Shown here: positions 52,497 through 55,787 of the stretch, piece after piece
How positions within the stretch are numbered: the stretch's first letter is position 1
Layout of the letters: each line of letters opens with the position of its first letter
Assembly (NCBI GenBank): GCA_000934665.2
Contig: JYFJ02002512.1
Location: 1-55,787 of the forward strand
DNA from: Catajapyx aquilonaris
Lineage: Eukaryota
Reading direction: 5' to 3'
Length of the DNA: 55,787 nucleotides
Notes under the pieces: generated by a model
What the model saw: only the letters and a program-made list of their open reading frames with translations
Told to the model about the DNA's origin: nothing
Databases searched by the model: none
Position numbers and translations under genes: made by a program

Positions 52497-55400
52497 TGCA
52501 ACACGAGCCTGCGAGCCAAATTCAATATGTGTATTAATATTGTATCCGGTCGCCCTTGTGTGCTGCAAAGCCCAATGTTGTGGCCCGTGAGCCATATTAT
52601 ATATTACAAACAACGCCCTACGTTGGTCTAGTTTTCAACCTTGATTATATATTATATAGTGCAGATGGTTGGGATGGGAGCAGTTTAGGGAGCGGGCAGC
52701 AGTGACTATATGGCAGTGTATGGGTGCAGTATAGTGGAGCAGAGAGAAGGCCAGAGTGGTTGTTTACCACTATTTACTGTCAGGAACACAGTAGATAGGG
52801 CGGGGAAGCCCCAAATATAATTCCATGAAAGTCTTCGCCCACCATGCAATATTAACCCTACCTGCAGCAGACAATGTGGGTGGGGCAGCGCGGATGGGGC
52901 ACGCCGGAAAAGTTACTTTCTCTTTCGGGAGATGGAGAACCAAATCACTACCGTAAGGTTTTTCTCTCTCTACTTTTTCCTACTATTATTTTCTGTAATA
53001 GTCGGGGGGGCCGTGTCAGAACAGAGAGCTCCAGACCACAATAATGCGGCATCCCTGGTGAAATAGAGGGGGCGCGCACATTTGATCAATATTTGTTATC
53101 CTATGTGTTTGATGGCATCAGCGGGATTGTTTGGCGAGATCCGGCCTCCATGTTCCGACCTGTGGACATGTGGGCGTGTGTGCCCTGTTTATATGTAAAC
53201 AGCTCTGTTTGTAATCAACTGACACCATTATAGTAGAGAGTAATGGATATTGTGCGGAGGGATTTCTGCGATACGTGCTGCAACACTGTATTCGACAATG
53301 AGGAAGAAAATGGCGATGGTAGAGGGGAAAGGGGATGATGCTGCAGCAGCACCCACCGCATGTGTGTGCTTTTTCACGCTTCGGGACATCTCTCTCAAGT
53401 GCACCAGCTGACGTAGCCCATTTGTTACGTGAATCTGCCTCTATTTTTAAAAACTCTCCCCCGTCATATACGAGCTCTTTGATGGCGGGTGGCGGAAAAA
53501 TGTGGATAGGAACACTATACCTAGGCCCCGCCGCGCTGGTTATAATGGAGGCCTGAATAATATGCAACGGGGGAAGAGCCCGGTTTTTGGTATTTACTAA
53601 GGCAATTCAACGTGGCGTGCATAACATGTTGTGATGGCCCTGTGTGTACTGAACGGAAGGACTGCAAGATCAACAGGCTGACCTGCGGAAGCTCATGCAC
53701 CGTGCCATAAATACAATTATGGAAGCACGCTTAGCACCACTTACACAGCTTATATTCAGCGGGGGATAAAACTCCCTGTTCGCTTTAAGCAGACTATATA
53801 TTTGAGCATAATGTGACATGTGCGCTCCAAGTGCTGCACTATGTACTTACTGGGGGAGTACAAAGCGATTTTATTATCCATCGCAATGTGAGTGCAAGAA
53901 TGCACCATGCACACAGCAAAGCGGATGTCGCTAAATTTTTTAGTGTGCATAACACTGCTTGCCGTATATACTGTACGCAGAATGCAAGCACATTTTATAT
54001 GCATAAAATATGAACAAAGGTCAATGGTCTTGAAGTAGCCTATATAATCTGGCCATGATTGAATTCCGCCAACGAATTTTTTCGCTTGCTATTTCAGCAC
54101 TGTATGATCTCAAATCGCTATTAATTCAGACCATTCCGCGTAGGCCTGCACTTCCACTTCCATGCCGCAAAAAGAGTTCTGCGTGTCCGCGGTTTCTGCA
54201 GATATTCCAAGCGGCAAAAAAAAATTCTACCAGTTATAATTGCAGCTCCAGTCTTTTATCATCTCGTTTGCAGCTTTTGAGTCCTATACCCTACGTGGGG
54301 GTAACTTACCCATCCTTTTGCTCCGTCTCCGTTAATTAATTTCTGTTTCTCCCTTTTTCCCCTCTTTTTGACACAGAAGTCTGCTGTTGCCGCACGTAGC
54401 AGCTGGAAGAAAATCCACATCTTTTTATTACTTGTTCCGTTTTCCCCCTCTCTTACTGTCAGACGCAGTGGGACCAGTGATAAATCGCAAACAATTACTC
54501 TTATTTTTCGCACCGGACACTCCAGAAAAAATATCTGGCAAATTTGGAGAATCGGAAGAATATCCAATGAATGCTGGCGGCATGACCCATAAAGCTGGCA
54601 TGACTCACAGGCATCGGTTTGGCAGGGTGGATATCCTTGAACTGCATATGTAACCGAGCCACAAAAGAGCCTTATTATTTTATTCTCAACGCGTATGAAA
54701 AAAAGCCAGTAAAAACAGACCTCCTTTCGTGACCTACCGCACAAAAGCCAATATTCTGCACACTTGACCAAAAAAGAAAACATTTCCCACAGTGGTAAAT
54801 ATTTTTGCTTCTCGCAAGTACATCCGAGAGCATCAGCTTGCACGGCCGATTTCGTATGGAGTACAACCTAACCGCTAGAGTAATTAGACACGCCAGGTGA
54901 TTGTTAACCGAACTAATTGGGCGCATACCTGTGGAATCATCTGCGTAGAAAAATAATCTGAGAACCTGTCCACGGTTGGCTGGTTCCAGACACATTCGCG
55001 GCCAAGGCCAGAAATTATTGTACAAGATCTGGGCGTGGCACCCAAAATCGGCCGAATTAAATCGTCGATGCTTGATTGTACCATGTACTAATGGTGTCAG
55101 GTATTGCGGTGGGTCTGGACTGGTAAAGGTCTCTCCCGAGCATGGAATGGCCGGTATGTGACCCCAGAGGACCCTCCATTCTTGCAAATTGTTTGCCCTG
55201 ATGAAATTTGAGGTGCGCCCCGCTTCCACGTCCGGACAATGCCAGCGCTGGCCTACAATTATGCTGATTCAGGTGTGCAATTAGAGCACTTTTGCGGATG
55301 GTATTGGTGGCAATGAGTTGGCGCCGGTCTGGTGTTTGAAAAAGGAGGTGGGAGGAAGAAGGTCGCGGTCCGACCTTGCCTATATTACCTTTTCCTATCC

Positions 55401-55787
55401 CGCAGGATAAGGGCGGGTCTCTTCGGTAAAACCTCTGTGAAAACCATAATCACATTGCGCAATTTTGACATTAGTCGCGGGTCCCACCTTCCGGGATTGG
55501 CATTTGCATCCTGCTAGCTTAAAACGGCTTTTGCTGTAGCCCCATTTGTTTTGAGGGTGTCCGGAGTACACGTGTGCAAATTGAAGGCAAGAGGCGTGCT
55601 GGAGCTGTCTCCTGCACTGCTCTGAAAAAGGGGCCTTCGTAATAGATGAGCAAAGAGGCACGCCCTTGGACATACACTACAACCAACAGGAACACACAAA
55701 AAAAAGATAGGCCGTTATGGACACGGGCGCGACGACTTGCTAAATGGTGCTCCACATTATCCAGTTTGGCTGGCCAAACAAAAAGGT

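Noticed and set aside
52338..52631. Poly-Asn and poly-Ile ORFs
   Set aside because: Simple translations of the (AAT)22 microsatellite.
54259..55229. Overlapping 194-aa and 184-aa minus-strand ORFs
   Set aside because: No recognisable protein, transposase or reverse-transcriptase motifs; consistent with chance ORFs.

Overview
Eukaryotic genomic DNA, most likely from an arthropod (inferred from the protein). The only coding sequence I can support is the 5' part of a Plexin A gene on the minus strand. It has three coding exons (25528-25136, 25049-24288, 6133-5951) with canonical GT-AG, phase-0 junctions. They splice into a 446-aa N-terminal fragment made of a signal peptide and most of the Sema domain, closely resembling Drosophila PlexA as I recall it. 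The gene continues beyond the left edge; I found no next exon in 1-5950. A candidate non-coding first exon and promoter lies at about 33237-33450. The rest is intronic or upstream DNA with tiny DNA-transposon remnants, foldback hairpins, a degenerate AT-rich minisatellite, an (AAT)22 microsatellite and homopolymer runs next to small assembly gaps. No RNA genes, CRISPR arrays or transposase/RT ORFs are supported. I cannot claim a new biological system. The best leads are regulatory: clusters of Su(H)/CSL sites with proneural E-boxes in the 18-kb intron, a minimal uORF just before the start codon, and several long hairpins. All motif counts were made by eye.
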